From: Mobula hypostoma
Lineage: Eukaryota
Assembly (NCBI RefSeq): GCF_963921235.1
Contig: NC_086098.1
Coordinates: 558,001-622,000 of the forward strand
DNA length: 64,000 nucleotides
Direction: 5' to 3'
Shown: piece by piece, positions 11,850 through 25,202 of the stretch
Layout of the letters: each line of letters begins with the position of its first letter
Position numbering within the stretch: the stretch's first letter is position 1
Notes under the pieces: generated by a model
What the model was told of the DNA's origin: nothing
Seen by the model: the letters and a program-made list of their open reading frames with translations, nothing else
Database searches by the model: none
Program-made: the position numbers and the translations under genes

Positions 11850-13760
11850 ATTGGAGATTGTCGATTGGAGAAGTGCACAGATGCAACAGAAGTGTTCCTA
11901 CATTTGTCCAGCAATGAACTTTAAAAAGCAGGAAGTTGTTGATTGGAGTATTGCACAGATGCAGCAAAAACGTTTTCATGCAGGTCCACAAACGAGTTTT
12001 AAAAAGCAGGAAGTTTCTCGATGGAAGTCATTGATTGAAGAAGGGAGCAGACGCAAAACAGAAGCATTCCCACGTTGATTTGGCAAAGAGCTTCTAAAAG
12101 CCACGTCTCTATAAAAGAGAGGTACCACCTAGCAGAGCGGTCATCATCGGAGTAGTCTGAGGCAGAGTAGTTAGGCCTTGTCTCAACGAGGCTTCAGTCA
12201 GAACCTCAAGGTAAGTAGGAGAGTTCATTCCTTATTTCGTATTTGAATCCTGAGAGAATAGTGGGTATGCCTACAGAGCCAGCGTCCTGTTCTGTGTGTC
12301 AGATGTGGAATTTCCAGGAGACTTCAGCCTCCCCAGTGGTCACATCAGCACCAGATGCATCGAGATGCAGCTCCTTAGAGGCCATGTTAGGGAACTGGAG
12401 CTGCAGCTCAATGATCTTCGGCTTGTAAGGGCAAGTGAGGCAGGCCCTGTAGGGAGGTAGGCACCCTAAAACTACAGGAGGCAGATAAATGGGTGACTGT
12501 CAGGAGAGGCAAGGGAGATTGTCAGTTAGTGGAGAGCACCTCTGCAGCCATCCCACTCAACAATAAGTACTCCATTTTGAGTATTGTTGGGGGGACGGTC
12601 TACCTGGGGGAAGCAACAGCGGTCATAACTCTGGCTCTGAATCTGTCCCTGTGGCTCAGAAGGGGAGAGAATGGAAGAGGATGGCAGCAGTACAGTCAGG
12701 GAGACAGACAGGTAATTCTGTGGATGGAAAAAGGAAACACAGATGGTTGCTTACCTCCCTGGTGTCAGGGTTCACAATGTTTCTGGATGCTTCGACAATA
12801 TCCTGAAAAGGGAGAAGTCGTGGTACGTATTGGTACCAATGGCATAAGTAGAAAAAGGAGGAGGTCCTGAGAAAAGAACACAGGGAGTCTGAAAAGAACC
12901 AGAGAAGCAGGATCTCAAAGGTAGTAATCTCAGGATTGCTGCCTGTGCCACGTGACAATGAGGATAGGAATAGAATGAGGTGGCAGGTAAATGCATGGCT
13001 GAAGAAATGGAGCAGGCAGCAGCGGTTCAGATATCTGGATAATTGTGACCACTTCTTGGGCAGGTAGGACCTATACAAAAGGGACGGGTTGCACTTGAAT
13101 CTGAGAAGAACCAATATTCTTGCAGGCATATTTACTAGAGTTGTTGGGAGTGGTTTAAACTAATATGGCAAGGGGATGGGAACCAGTATGATGGAGCTGA
13201 GGATGAGCCGGTAGGTTTACAAAGTCGATGATAGGTGTAATGTGAATGTAAGGAAGGACAAGACAATGATTGGGTACAAATATAGACAGAACAAAGAGTT
13301 AAATTGTACCACAAAGACAAAATTCAAAAGGGCGAAGAATGCAAGACTGAAGGTGTCATTCAAATTAAGGTGGGTGAACTTGCGGTGCAATTAGAGATTG
13401 GTCAGTATGACTCTGTGGGCTTCACTGAGTTGTGGCTCAAAGAAGGCCATACTTAACATCAAAGGATGTACTTTGTATCAAAAGGACTGGCAGGAAGGCA
13501 TAAGCAGTGGTGTGGCTCTGTTGGAAAGAGATAGAATTACATTTTTAGAAAAGGGTGACACAAGGTCAGAGAATGTTGAATCTTTGTGGATGGAGTTAAG
13601 AGACTGCAAGGGTGAAAAAACTATTATGGGAATCACATACAGGCCTCCAAATAGTAGACAAGACGTGGGGTTGAAATTGCAAAGGGAGGTAGAAAAAGCA
13701 TGTAATAAGGATAATGACAAGATGGGGGACTTCAATATGCAAGGGAATTGGGAAAATCTG
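11850..13760 (+). mobile_element. Decayed CR1 5' portion: repeat-containing 5'UTR, ORF1 and start of ORF2
   Basis: CSVCQMW zinc finger, IPLNNKYSIL, IGTN, DGLH; GGTTTAAACTAA junction at 13152; YRPPNS and GDFN; tandem repeats at 11855-12020. Confidence 0.85.
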
Positions 13761-15345
13761 TCACACTTGATAGGTCCTATTCTCTTAAATCTTATCCTCT
13801 TGCTCTTCACATACTTGTAGGGTTTTCCTTAATCCTGCTCGCCATGGCCCCTTCTGGCTCTCCTAATTTCATTCTAAATCTCCATCCTGCTAGCCTTATA
13901 ATCTTCCAGATCTCTATCACTTCCTGGTTTTTTGAACCTTTCGTTAGCTTTTCTTTTCACCTTGACTAGATTTTCCACAGCCTCTGTACACCACAGTTCC
14001 TGTACCCTACCATCCTTTCCCTGTCTCATTGGAACATACCTATGTAGAATGTCACACAAATGTTCCCTGAACATTTGCCAAATTTCTGCCATACATTTCC
14101 CTGAGAACATCTGTTCCCGATTTATGCTTCCAAGTTCCTGCCTAATAGCTTTATATTTCCCCTTACTCCAATTAAATGGTTTCCTAACTTGTCTGGTCCT
14201 ATCCCTCTCTAATGCTGTGGTAAAGGAGATAGAATTGTGATCAGTATCTCCAAAATGCTCTCCCACTGACAGACCTGACAGCTGATTCATTTTCCAATAC
14301 CAGATCAAGTACAGCCTCTCCTCTTGTAGGCTTATCTACATATTGTGTCACAGAACATGTAATAAGGATATAATAAGAGAAAGGTTGAACAAGTTAGGTC
14401 TTTATTCTTTGGAGCGTAGAAGATTGAGGGGGGACTTGATAGAGGTATTTAAAATTATGAGGGGGATAAATAGAGTTGACGTGGATAGGCTTTCTCCATT
14501 GAGAGTAGGGGAGATTCAAACAAGAGGACATGAGTTGAGAGTTAGGGGGCAAACGTTTAGGGGTAACACGAGGGGGAACTTCTTTACTCAGAGTGGTGGC
14601 TGTGTGGAACGAGCTTCCAGTAGAAGTGGTAGAGGCAGCTTCGATATTGTCATTTAAAGAAAAATTGGATAGGCAATAACAGGAACATAGAGGAGCAGAT
14701 AGGTATATGGACAAGAAAGGAATGGAGGGTTATGGGCTGAGTGTAGGTTGGTGGGACTAGGTGAGAGTAAGCGTTCAGCATGGACTAGAAGGGCCGAGGT
14801 GGCCTGTTTCCGTACGTAAATTGTTATATAGTTATATGGTTAAAACCTTCCTGAACACTCCTAACAAACTCTACCCCATCTAAACCCCTTGCTGTAAGGA
14901 GATGCCAATCAATATTTGGGAAATTAAAATGTCCCATCACACCAACCCTGTTATTATTGCAACTTTCCAGAATCTGTCTCCCTATCTGCTTCTCTATGTT
15001 CCTGTTACTATTGTGTATTCTATAAAAAAAACATTCATTCGAGTTATTGACCCCTTCCTATTTCTAACTTCCACCCACAGAGACTCAGCAGTGCCATGCA
15101 CCCACCTTTTTTTTTTTTTGCATCCTTCCCTGTCCTTTCTGAAACATCTAAAGCCTGGCACTCTAGGTTGCCACTCCTGCCCCTGAGCCATCCAAGTCTC
15201 TGTAATGGCTACAACATCATAGCTCCAAGTACTGATCCATGCTCTAAGCTCATCCTCTTTGTTCATGATACTCCATGCATTAAAATAGACACATCTCAAA
15301 CCATCATTCTGAGCGCATCCCTTCTCTATCATCTGTCTATCCTCC
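13760..15345 (-). mobile_element. CR1 endonuclease/tether fragment
   Basis: LRCVYFNAWSI..ITETW (14994..15332); GEHFGDTDHN (13874..14308); split by the insert near 14350-14840. Confidence 0.82.
14370..14840 (+). mobile_element. CR1 3' end
   Basis: LGLYSLERRRLRGDLIEVFK; GTTATATAGTTATATGG tail. Confidence 0.85.
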
Positions 15346-15349
15346 TACT

Positions 15350-15905
15350 CAAATTATAATGTATTTTGGTAAAAGGAATAATAGTGCATTCTATTTTCTG
15401 AATGGGAAGAAAATTCAAACTTCAGAGGTGTAGAGGGACTTAGTCCTCGTGTAAGACTCCCAGAAGGTTAATTTACTGGTCGAGTCTGTGTAAGGAAAGC
15501 AAATGCATTGTAGGCATTTATTTCAAGAGGAATAGAATATGAAGGGAAGGAGATAATTCCAAGGCTTTATAAGACACTAGTCAGGCTGTACTTGTAGTAC
15601 TGTCAACAGTTTTTGGCCCCATCTCAGAAATAATGTGTTGTCATTGGAAGTCCACAGGATATTCCGGAGGATGATTCTGGGAATGAAAGGGTTAACATGC
15701 GAAGCGTGTTTGGCAGCTTTGGGCCTGTTCTCTCAGGAATTCAGAAGAATGCAGGCGGATCTTATTGAAACTTACTGAATGTTTGAAGGTTCATACGGGG
15801 TGGATGTGGAGAGGATGTTTCCGGTGATGGAGGTATCCAGTGCTGGAGAGCAATGCCTCAAAATTGAGGGTGACCTTTCAGAACAGAGGGAAGGAGGAAT
15901 TTTTT
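15350..15905 (+). mobile_element. Highly decayed CR1 RT C-terminus
   Basis: Recognisable AFISRGIEY and LYKTLV remnants. Confidence 0.7.
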
Positions 15906-15914
15906 CGTTAATGT

Positions 15915-16170
15915 GTAGCATCCATTATTAAGGACCCCCAGCACCCAGGGCATACCGTTTTCTCATTGTCACCATCAGGTAGAGGTACAGAAGCCTGAAG
16001 GCACACACTCAGTGATTCAGGAACAACTTCTTCCCCTCTGCAATCTGATTCCTAAATGGACATTGAACCCATGAACAATACCTCAATTTTTAATATATGT
16101 TATTTCTGTTTATGCATGATTTTTAATCTCTTCAATATACATATACTGTAATTTATTTATTATCGTTTAT
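15915..16170 (+). mobile_element. Rex1/Babar-like LINE 3' end
   Basis: SIIKDPQHP...PSG...FRNNFFPSAI resembles the 5617..5997 C-terminus. Confidence 0.65.
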
Positions 16171-16179
16171 TCTTCTGAA

Positions 16180-18060
16180 CACAGAATAATGAACACAGAA
16201 ATTTACAGCACGTTACAGGTCCTTCAGCCCACAATGTTGTGCCAACCATGTAACCTACGCTAGAAACTGCCTAGAATTTTCTTACCAAATAGCCCTCTAT
16301 TTTTCCACCTGAGAGGCTCTTAAAAGACCCTATTGTATCCGCGTCCACCACCTCTCCTGGCTGTGCATTTCATGCACCCACCACTCTCTGTGTGGAAAAA
16401 CTTACCCCTGACATCCCCTTGGTATATATTTCCAAGCACCTTAAAACTAATCCCCCTTGCATTAGCTATTTCAGCTCTGGGGAAAAAAACCTCTGGCTAT
16501 CCACATGATAAATGCCCCTCATCATCTTACACAACTCTATCAGGTCACCTCTCATCCTCCATGATTCCAAGGAGAAAAGGCCAAGTGCACTCAAGCTATT
16601 CTCATAAGGTCTGCCCTCCAATCCAGGCAACATCCTTGTAAATCTCCTCTGCATTCTCTCTATAGTATCCACATCCTTCCTGTAGTGAAGTGACCGGAAT
16701 TGAACCCAGTACTCCAAGTGGGGTCTCAGCAAGATCTTATATAGCCGTAACATTAACTCATGACTCTTGAATTCAATCCTATGGTTGATGAATGCCAACA
16801 CACCATACACCTTCTTAACAACACTGTCAACACATGCAGCAGCTTTGAGTCCCCTATGGACATGAACTCTAAGTTCCTCCACACTGCCAAGAGTGCTACC
16901 ATTTATATTATATTCTGTCTTCAAATTGGACCTACCAAAATGAACCACTTCACACTTATCTGGTTTGAAGTCCATTGCCACTTCTCAGCCTAATTCTGCA
17001 TCCTATCAATGTCGCGCAGTAACCTCTGACAACCCTCCAGACTATCCACCCCCAATCTTTGTGTCATCAGCAAACTTACTAACCCACCCTTCCACTTTTT
17101 CATCCAGGTCATTTATAAAAATTACAAAGAGGAGGGGTCCCAGAACAGATCCCTGAGGCACACTATTGGTCACCATCCTCCTTGCAGAATACAAACCATC
17201 TACAACCACTCTTTGCCTTCCGTGGGCAAGCCAATTCCGGATCCACAAAGCAAGATCCCCTTGGAGCCCATGCCTCCTTACTTGCTGAAATTCATATACA
17301 CTACATTCACTACTCTATCTTCATCAATATGTTTTGTTACATCCTCAAAGAATTCAATCAGGCCCATAATGCATGACCTGCTCTTGACAAAGCCATGCTG
17401 ACTATTCCTAATCAAATTATGTCTCTCCAAATAATAATAAATGCTCCCTGTCAGGATCTTCTCCAGCAACTTGGCCACCACTGAAGTCAGACTCACGGGT
17501 CTATAATTTCCTGGGTTATCTCTACTCCCTTCCTTGAACAATGGAACAACATTTGCAACCCCCGCCCCCCCCCCCCAATCATCTGGTACTTCTCCCGTCC
17601 ATATTGAGATGCAAAGGTCATCGTCAGAGGCTCGGCAATCTCCTCCCTCACTTCCTACAGTAGACTGGGGTACACCTCAACCAGTCCCAGGGACTTATCT
17701 AACTTAATTCTTTTCAAAATCTCCAGCATATCTTTTTTTTAAATATCTATATGCTCAAGCATTTCAGCCCGCTGTCAGTCATTCCCACAATTGCCAAGGT
17801 CTTTTTCCCTGGTGAATACTGAAGCAAAGTATTCATTAAGTACCTCCACTACCTCCTCTGACTCCATGCAACTATCTCCACTATTGAACCTGATTGGTCC
17901 TATTCTCACACAGCTCATCCTCTTGCTCTTCACATACTTGTAGAATGCCTTGGGGTTTTCCTTAATCCTATTCACCTGGCCTGTTCTGACTCTCCTAATT
18001 CCATTCTTAAGCTCCTTCCTAGCAACCTTGTAATTTTCTAGAGCTCTAACATTACCTAGT
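16180..18060 (-). mobile_element. 5'-truncated CR1 LINE
   Basis: ORFs 16466..16981, 17042..17248 ([14 protein letters not shown]), 17278..17541, 17775..17975; tail at ~16180. Confidence 0.9.
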
Positions 18061-18470
18061 ACTCACTGGAATTCAGAAGAATGAGGTGCAACCTCAAGAA
18101 AACCTATCAACTAGTGAGAGAGCTTGATGGAGTGGATGTGGAGAAGATGTTTCCTTTGGTAGGGGAGCTTAAAACCAGAGAATACCGACTCAGGATAGAG
18201 AGGCAACCCTTTTAGAATGGAGATGAGGAATTTCTCTAGCTAGAGAGCGGTGAATCTGTGGAATTTGTTGCTACAGGCTTTTGTGGAGGCTATTTTTGGG
18301 TATATCGAAGACAGATTGATAAAGTTCTTAACTAGTTGTGGTATGAAGGGTAACAGGGTAAAGGCAGGAGTTTGCAGATAAGATGGGAAAAGGATTGGCC
18401 ATGATGAACTGGCGGAGCAGACTCCATGGGCTGAGTGGCTTAATTCTGTTCCTTATAGTCTTAGTACTTA
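18061..18470 (+). mobile_element. Decayed CR1 3' end
   Basis: SLEFRRMR...VNLWNLL remnants; CR1-type 3'UTR and tail. Confidence 0.72.
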
Positions 18471-18769
18471 CAGTCTTATCTCTCTTACTGGGGCATACGC
18501 TACCAACAGCAACTCATCAGAATCCTCTGTCCGGGGCCAGTCTTTCACATTATCCCCAGGTGCAGCCTGGCTTACGGCTTCCAGGCAAAGTTCCTTCCTC
18601 TCCCAGGATCGAGGGCTTAGAGGTACAGGAATGCCAATAAAAGCTCCAGAGTTTTTACTGGAATGGTCTGCGAGCCCCATGCCCAACCTTCCCTCTTTTG
18701 CAGCCAGGCGGAGTTACCATAGTATTATAATAAAGTTTAATTATCTTCTTTGAGAAGAAGACAAGAACT

Positions 18770-21525
18770 ATGTTAAGACTACTGGGGAGAGTTTAAATTA
18801 GAATTGCTGGGGGGGTGGCAACCGAACTGAAGAGACAGAGGAAGGGGTGGTTGGCTCACAAATAGAGAAAGCTTGGAGACAGTGCGAGAGGGAAGATAGG
18901 CAGGTGATAAAGAAGGATGCGCTCAGACTGATGTATATTGAACGAAGAGGATGAGCTTAGAGCGTGGATCTGTACTTGGAGCTATGATGTTGTGGCCATT
19001 ACAGAGACTTGGATAGTTCAGGGGCAGGAATGGTTACTTCGAGTGCCAGGCTTTAATTGTTTCAGAAAGGATGGGGAGAGAGGCAAAAGAGGTGGGGGCG
19101 TGTGACTGTTGATCAGAGATAGTGTCACAGCTGCAGAAAAGGAGGAAGTCATGGAGGGATTGTCTTCAGAGTCTCTGTGGGTGGAAGTTAGGAACAGGAA
19201 GGGGTCAATAACTCAACTGGGTGTTTTTTATAGACCACCCAATAGTAACAGGGTCATCGAGGAGCAGATAGGGAGAGAGATTCTGGAAAGATGTAGTAAT
19301 AACAGGGTTGTCACGGTAGGAGATTTTAACTTCCCAAATATCGATTGGCATCTGCCTAGAGCGAGTTTGTTAGGTGTGTTCAGGAAGGTTTCTTGACACA
19401 ATATGTAGATAAGCCTACAAGAGGAGAGGCTGTACTTGATCTGGTATTAGGAAATGAACCTGGTCAGGTGTCAGATCTCTCAGTGGGAGAACATTTTGGA
19501 GATAGTGATCACAATTCTATCTCCTTTACCATAGCATTGGCGAGGAATAGGAACAGACAAGTTAGAAAAGCGTTTATTTGGAGTAAGGGGAAATTTGAGG
19601 CTATCAGGCAGGGACTTGGAAGCATAAATTGGGAACAGATATTCTCACGGAAACATACAGAAGAAATGTGGCAAATGTTCAGGGGATATTTGTGTGGAGT
19701 TCTGCATAGGTACGTTCCAATGAGACAGGGAAAGGATGGTAGGGTACAGGAACCATGGTGTACAAAGGCTGTTGTAAATTCAGTCAAAATGAAAAGAAAA
19801 GCTTATGAAAGGTTCAAAAAAACTAGGTAATGATAGAGATCTAGAAGATTATAAGGCTAGCAGGAAGGAGTTTAAAAATGAAATTAGAAGAGCCAGAAGG
19901 GGCCATGAGAAGGCCTTGGTGGAGGATTAAGGAAAACCCCAAGGCATTCTACAAGTATGTGAAGAGCAAGAGGATAAGACATGAGAGAATAGGACCAATC
20001 AAGTGTGACAGCGGAAAAGTTTGTATGGAACCAGAGGAGATAGCAGATGTACTTAATGAGTACTTTGCTTCAGTATTCACTACGGAAAAGGATCTTGGTG
20101 ATTGTAGGGATGACTTACAGTGGATTGAAAAGCTTCAGCATATAGATATTAAGAAAGAGGATGTGCTGGAGCTTTTGGAAAGCATCAAGTTGGATAAGTC
20201 TCCGGGACCAGACGAGATGTACACCAGACTACTGTGGGAAACGAGGGAGGAGATTGCTGAGCCTCTGGCGATGATCTTTGCATCATGGAGACGGGAGAGG
20301 TTCCAGAGGATTAGAGGGTTGCGGAAGTTGCTTCCTTATTCAAGAAGGGAAGTAGAGATAGCCCAGGAAATTATAGACCAGTGAGTCTTACTTCAGTGGT
20401 TGGTAAGTTGATGGAGAAGATCCTGAGAAGCAGGATTTATGAACATTTGGAGAGGCATAATATGATTAGGACTCATCAGCTTGGCTTTATCAAAGGCAGG
20501 TCGTGCTTTACAAGACTTTATTGAATTTTTTGAGGATGTGACTAAACACATTGATGAACGTAGAGCAGTAGATGTAGCGTATATGGATTTCAGCAAGGCA
20601 TTTGGTAAGGTAGCCCATGCAAGGCTTACTGATAAAGTAAGGAGGCATGGGATCCAAGGGGACCTTGCTTTGTGGATCCAGAACTGGCTTGCCCACAGAA
20701 GGCAAAGTGGTTGTAGACAGGTCACATTTTGCATCGAGACCGGTGACCAGTGGTGTGCCTCAGGGATTTGTTTTGGGACCCCTACTCTGAGTGATTTTTA
20801 TAAATGACCTGGATGAGGAAGTGGAGGGATGAGTTAGTAAATTTGCTGATGACACAAAGGTTGGGGGTGTTGTGGGTAGTGTGGAGGGCTGTTAGAGGTT
20901 ACAGCGGGACATTGATAGGATGCAAAACTGTGCTGAGAAGTGGCAGATGGAGTTCAACCCAGATAAATGTGGTGGTTCATTTTGGTAGATCAAATATGAT
21001 GGCAAAATATAATATTAATGGTAAGACTCTTGGCAGTGTGGAGGATCAGAGGGATCTTGGGGTCTGAGTCCATAGGACACTCATATCTGCTGTGTAGGTT
21101 GACTCCGTGGTGAAGAAAGCATACAGTGTATTGGCCTTCATCAATCTTGCGATTGAGTTTAGGAGCCAAGAGGTAATGTTGCAGCTATATAGGAGCCTGT
21201 TAAGAGGCATTGATCGTGTGGATAGAGACTGTTTCCTAGGGCTGAAATGGCTAACATGAGAGGACGCAGTTTTAAGCTGCTTGGAAGTAGGTACAGAGGA
21301 GATGTCGGGTAATTTTTTTAAAGCAATGAGCATGTTGAACGAGTTGCCAGCAATGGTGGTGGAGGCGGATACGATATGGTCTTTTAAGAGACTCCTGGGT
21401 AGGTACATGGAACTCAGAAAAATAGAGGGCTACAGGTAACCCTAAGTATTTTAAGGTAAGGACATGTTCAAAACAGCTTTGTGGGCCGAAGGTCCTGTAT
21501 TGTGCTGTAGATTTTCTGTTTCTAT
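18770..21525 (+). mobile_element. CR1 LINE from the ORF1 stop to the 3' tail, with internal deletions
   Basis: AGTTTAAATTAG junction at 18790; ORFs 19109..21067 give EN, tether and RT; tail TTTTCTGTTTCTATG. Confidence 0.9.
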
Positions 21526-22245
21526 GTAACTCTCTGCAACAAAATATTTTCTATTGAAGAGCATAGATTTTTCTGGAAGCTGTTTCTAGCTAAATAGAAT
21601 AGGCACAAATTTAAGTACATTTGCTTCTCAGAGGAATAATTTAATGTGTGTGAAATGAAAACTGCAGCAGATAATATTTTGTATACTCTGCACCAGCTGA
21701 AAAAGCCGCATTTAACAATTACTTATTTAATCATTGCTTACTTGGAAAAGGTAAAAGGAGAGTTCTACATTTGTCAGAAAGAAATGAATGCTTCATATCA
21801 GGGTAGTGTTTATCTCAATCAGGCTCATGACATTTTGGAGCCCACTCATGGCTTTGTCACTGGCAGATTGTAAAGGTCTATGTTACAAGTGCCATGAACT
21901 ATGTTATCCCTTAAGCTGCCAGTATATGTAGAGAAATTTTATATTATGAACACCCTATTCAACTTGTTCAATATGTCGCCTTTCTTCTATTCTCTCCCAT
22001 ATTAACTTCTTGGCTGTTTGATAGTTTTGTTTACTTGTACTATTTTCTAAATGCCTTATTACCATTGAACACTATAACACGGAAACCGATCCCTTTGGCA
22101 AATCCAGTCCGTGCGGAGCTCTTAATCTGCCAAGTTCCACTGACCTGCACCGGACCTTAGCCCTCAGTACTCCTCCCATCCATGTAGCTATCCAAACTTC
22201 TCCTAAACGTTGAAACTGAAATCGCACCTACCACTTATGGTAACA

Positions 22246-22943
22246 TACATCAAAGTTGCTGGTGAACGCAGCAGGCCAAGCAGCATCTATAGGAAGAGGT
22301 GCAGTCGACGTTTCAGGCCGAGACCCTTCGTCAGGACTAACTGAAGGAAGAGTGAGTAAGGGATTTGAAAGTTGGAGGGGGAGGGGGAGATCCAAAATGA
22401 TAGGAGAAGACAGGAGGGGGAGAGATAGAGCCGAGAGCTGGACAGGTGATAGGCAAAAGGGGATACGAGAGGATCATGGGACAGGAGGTCCGGGAAGAAA
22501 GACAAGGGAGGGGGGTGACCCAGAGGATGGGCAAGAGGTATATTCAGAGGGACAGAGGGAGAAAAAGGAGAGTGAGAGAAAGAATGTGTGCATAAAAATG
22601 AGTAACAGATGGGGTACGAGGGGGAGGTGGGGCCTTAGCGGAAGTTAGAGAAGTCGATGTTCATGCCATGAGGTTGGAGGCTACCCAGACGGAATATAAG
22701 GTGTTGTTCCTCCAACCTGAGTGTGGCTTCATCTTTACAGTAGAGGAGGCCGTGGATAGACATATCAGAATGGGAATGGGATGTGGAATTAAAATGTGTG
22801 GCCACTGGGAGATCCTGCTTTCTCTGGCGGACAGAGCGTAGATGTTCAGCAAAGCGGTCTCCCAGTCTGCGTCGGGTCTCACCAATATATAAAAGGTCAC
22901 ATCGGGAGCAACCAATATATAAAAGGTCACATCGGGAGCTGTT
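22246..22943 (-). mobile_element. 5'-truncated Penelope-like element: GIY-YIG C-terminus, 3' region, hammerhead module
   Basis: Minus strand reads CSRCDLLYIGETRRRLGDRFAEH...EATLRLEEQHLIFRLGSLQPHGMNIDF; 13-bp TSD ACTTATGGTAACA (22233-22245, 22944-22956); 29-bp tandem duplication at the 5' end. Confidence 0.9.
22302..22339 (-). ncRNA. Minimal type I hammerhead ribozyme motif
   Basis: AGUC-CUGACGA-AGG(gucucgg)CCU-GAAA-C-GUC/GACU: full catalytic core, stem I AGUC/GACU, stem II, loopless palindromic stem III (ACGU). Confidence 0.82.
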
Positions 22944-23095
22944 ACTTATGGTAACAGCTCATTCCACACACTCACCACCCTCAGAGAGAAGAAGATTACC
23001 CTTAAATATTTCACCCTTAACCCATGACCTCCAGTTTCAGCCTCACTCAACCTCAGTAGAAAAAAGCTTGCTTACGTTCGCCCAATCTATAGCCC

Positions 23096-23549
23096 TGTAA
23101 CATGTTGTAGGTTTGACTGCTGTGTAACATGCTGTAAGGTTTCACTGATAATGTAATGGTTTCTCTGTAGCAGCAATGTTTGGGTTATGACTAGAGATAA
23201 TGGAGTTAGGAATGCTGTTGTTTTTTTCTTGTGAGCTGGAAGAGAGATTTTCGTGGTCTTTTGACCAGGGAGAGATGAGGAAGGAAGACGCGAATGGAGA
23301 GAGTTGGTAGACCACTGGACAGGGTGGACTTGGAGTCAGGGTCTGAAAGGCAGCGACGATCGCAGGAGGTTGATGGTGGATGAATGGCCATATTTGTGAG
23401 CTCCAACATTGCACAACAGACTGTTTAATAAGATTGGGCCCTTTTTTTTCTTTTTTCGTTTCTTTACTAAACATATAGTCAAAGTAAGAATTATAAATCT
23501 TAATCATTTCACCCTCTATATTAAGTCACGAGCGGAAGCGAGAGTTACA
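23096..23549. mobile_element. Solo LTR (454 bp)
   Basis: Perfect TGTAAC...GTTACA termini; flanks GCCC/CCCC (4-bp TSD, one mismatch); the host CR1 rejoins. Confidence 0.78.
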
Positions 23550-23829
23550 CCCCTTATAATTTTATGTACGTCCATCAAATCTCCTTTCATTCCCCTACAC
23601 TTTACACCCATACCCACACTCCACTTCCTGGTTTATAAAGTTGTTGATGAACTTTATTTTATTACAATATTTCCTTGAGGTAAGGGGATGAGTTTCTGTT
23701 GGAAAAAGACTTAACAGAGAGCTGCTTCCATGAAATCCAGTGACCATTACTTTATCGTTTGATGCTGTCGCAAAATAAATATAAACTGTCCCTGTCCTGA
23801 AGATGAAGTTAGACCATAAGTTAGAAACA

Positions 23830-23950
23830 AGATGCTAGAAATCAAAGCCAAACATACAAAATGCTGGAAGAACTCACAGGCCAGGCCACACCACACCGAT
23901 GGAAAAGAGTACAGTTGACATTTTGGGGTGAGACCCTTCAACAAGACCTA
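23830..23950 (-). mobile_element. Old degenerate PLE hammerhead module
   Basis: Reverse complement GTCTTGTTGAAGGGTCTCACCCCAAAATGTCAACTGTACTC is homologous to 22246-22340; core mutated. Confidence 0.65.
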
Positions 23951-24178
23951 GACTTCAGGCCATAATGGTGAGAAGACCACAACACAGAGGAGTAGAGTTA
24001 AGCCGTTCAGCCCACCAAGTCACTGAATCGTGGCTGAAGGATGGTTGTAGTTGGGAGCTTAATGTTAAAGGTTGCACATTATATCGGAGGGTTAGGAAGG
24101 TAGTGGTGTGGCTCTACTGATAAAGAATGGCATCAAATCAGCAGAAAGATGTGACATATGATCAGAAGGTTGAATCCT

Positions 24179-25202
24179 TAGTCATAGTCATACTTTATTG
24201 ATCTGAGGAGAAGTGGGTTTTCGTTACAGTTGCACCATAAATAATTAAATAGTAATATGTAAATTATGCCAGTAAAATAAGTCCAGGACCAGCCTATTGG
24301 CTCAGGGTGTCTGACCCTGCAAGGGAGGAGTTGTAAAGTTTGATGGCCACAGGCAGGAATGACTTCCTATGATGCTCTGTGTTGCATCTCAGTGGAATGA
24401 GTCTCTGGCTGAATGTACTCCTGTGCCCAACCTGTACATTATGTAGTGGATGGGAGACATTGTCCAAGATGGCATGCAACTTGGACAGCATCCTCTTTTC
24501 AGACACCACCGTCAGAGAGTCCAGTTCCATTCCCACAACATCACTGGCCTTACGAATGAGTTTGTTGCTTCTGTTGGTGTCTGCTACCCTCAGCCTGCTG
24601 CCCCAGCACACAACAGCAAACATCGCACTGGCCACCACAGACTCGTAGAACATCCTCAGCATCATGCTACAGATGTTAAAGGACCTCAGTCTCCTCAGGA
24701 AAGAGAGACAGCTCTGACCCTTCTTGTAGACAGCCTCAGTGTTCTTTGACTAGTCCAGTTTATTGTCAATTCGTATCCCCAGGTATTTGTAATCCTCCAC
24801 CATGTCCACACTGACTCCCTGGATGGAAACAGGGGTCACCGGTACCTTAGCTCTCAGGTCTACCACCAGCTCCTTAGTCTTTTTCACATTAAGCTGCAGA
24901 TAATTCTGCTCACACCATGTGACAAAGTTTCCTACCATAGCCCTGTACTCAGCCTCATCTCCCTTGCTGATGCGTCCAACTATGGCAGAGTCATCCGAAA
25001 ACTTCTGAAGATGACAAGACTCCGTGCAGTAGTTGAAGTCCAAGGTGTAAATGGTGAAGAGAAAGGGAGACAAGACAGTCCCCTGTGGAGCCCCAGTGCT
25101 GCTGATCACTCTGTCGGACACACAGTGTTGCAAGCACACGTACTGTGGTCTGCCAGTCAGGTAATCAAGAATCCATGACACCAGGAAAGCATCCACTTGC
25201 AT
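24179..25202 (-). mobile_element. Rex1/Babar-like LINE, RT C-terminal half
   Basis: STGAPQGTVLSPFLFTIYT..KFSDDS..LNVKKTKELVVD; RKSFLPVAIKLYN; AATAAA and (TGACTA)n tail. Confidence 0.88.

Larger units (their letters stand above)
22064..23610 (-). mobile_element. Decayed CR1 3' end hosting a PLE and a solo LTR
   Basis: CR1 3'UTR-like sequence that rejoins across both TSDs. Confidence 0.7.

Noticed and set aside
11855..12020. Spaced direct repeats resembling a CRISPR array
   Set aside because: Only 2-3 degenerate units in a CR1 5'UTR, eukaryotic context, no cas genes.
18485..18745. Possible RTE-like fragment
   Set aside because: Resemblance too weak to classify by eye.
21646..21873. 75-aa ORF in unique DNA
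   Set aside because: Non-ATG start, no recognisable homology, no convincing splice pair on either strand.
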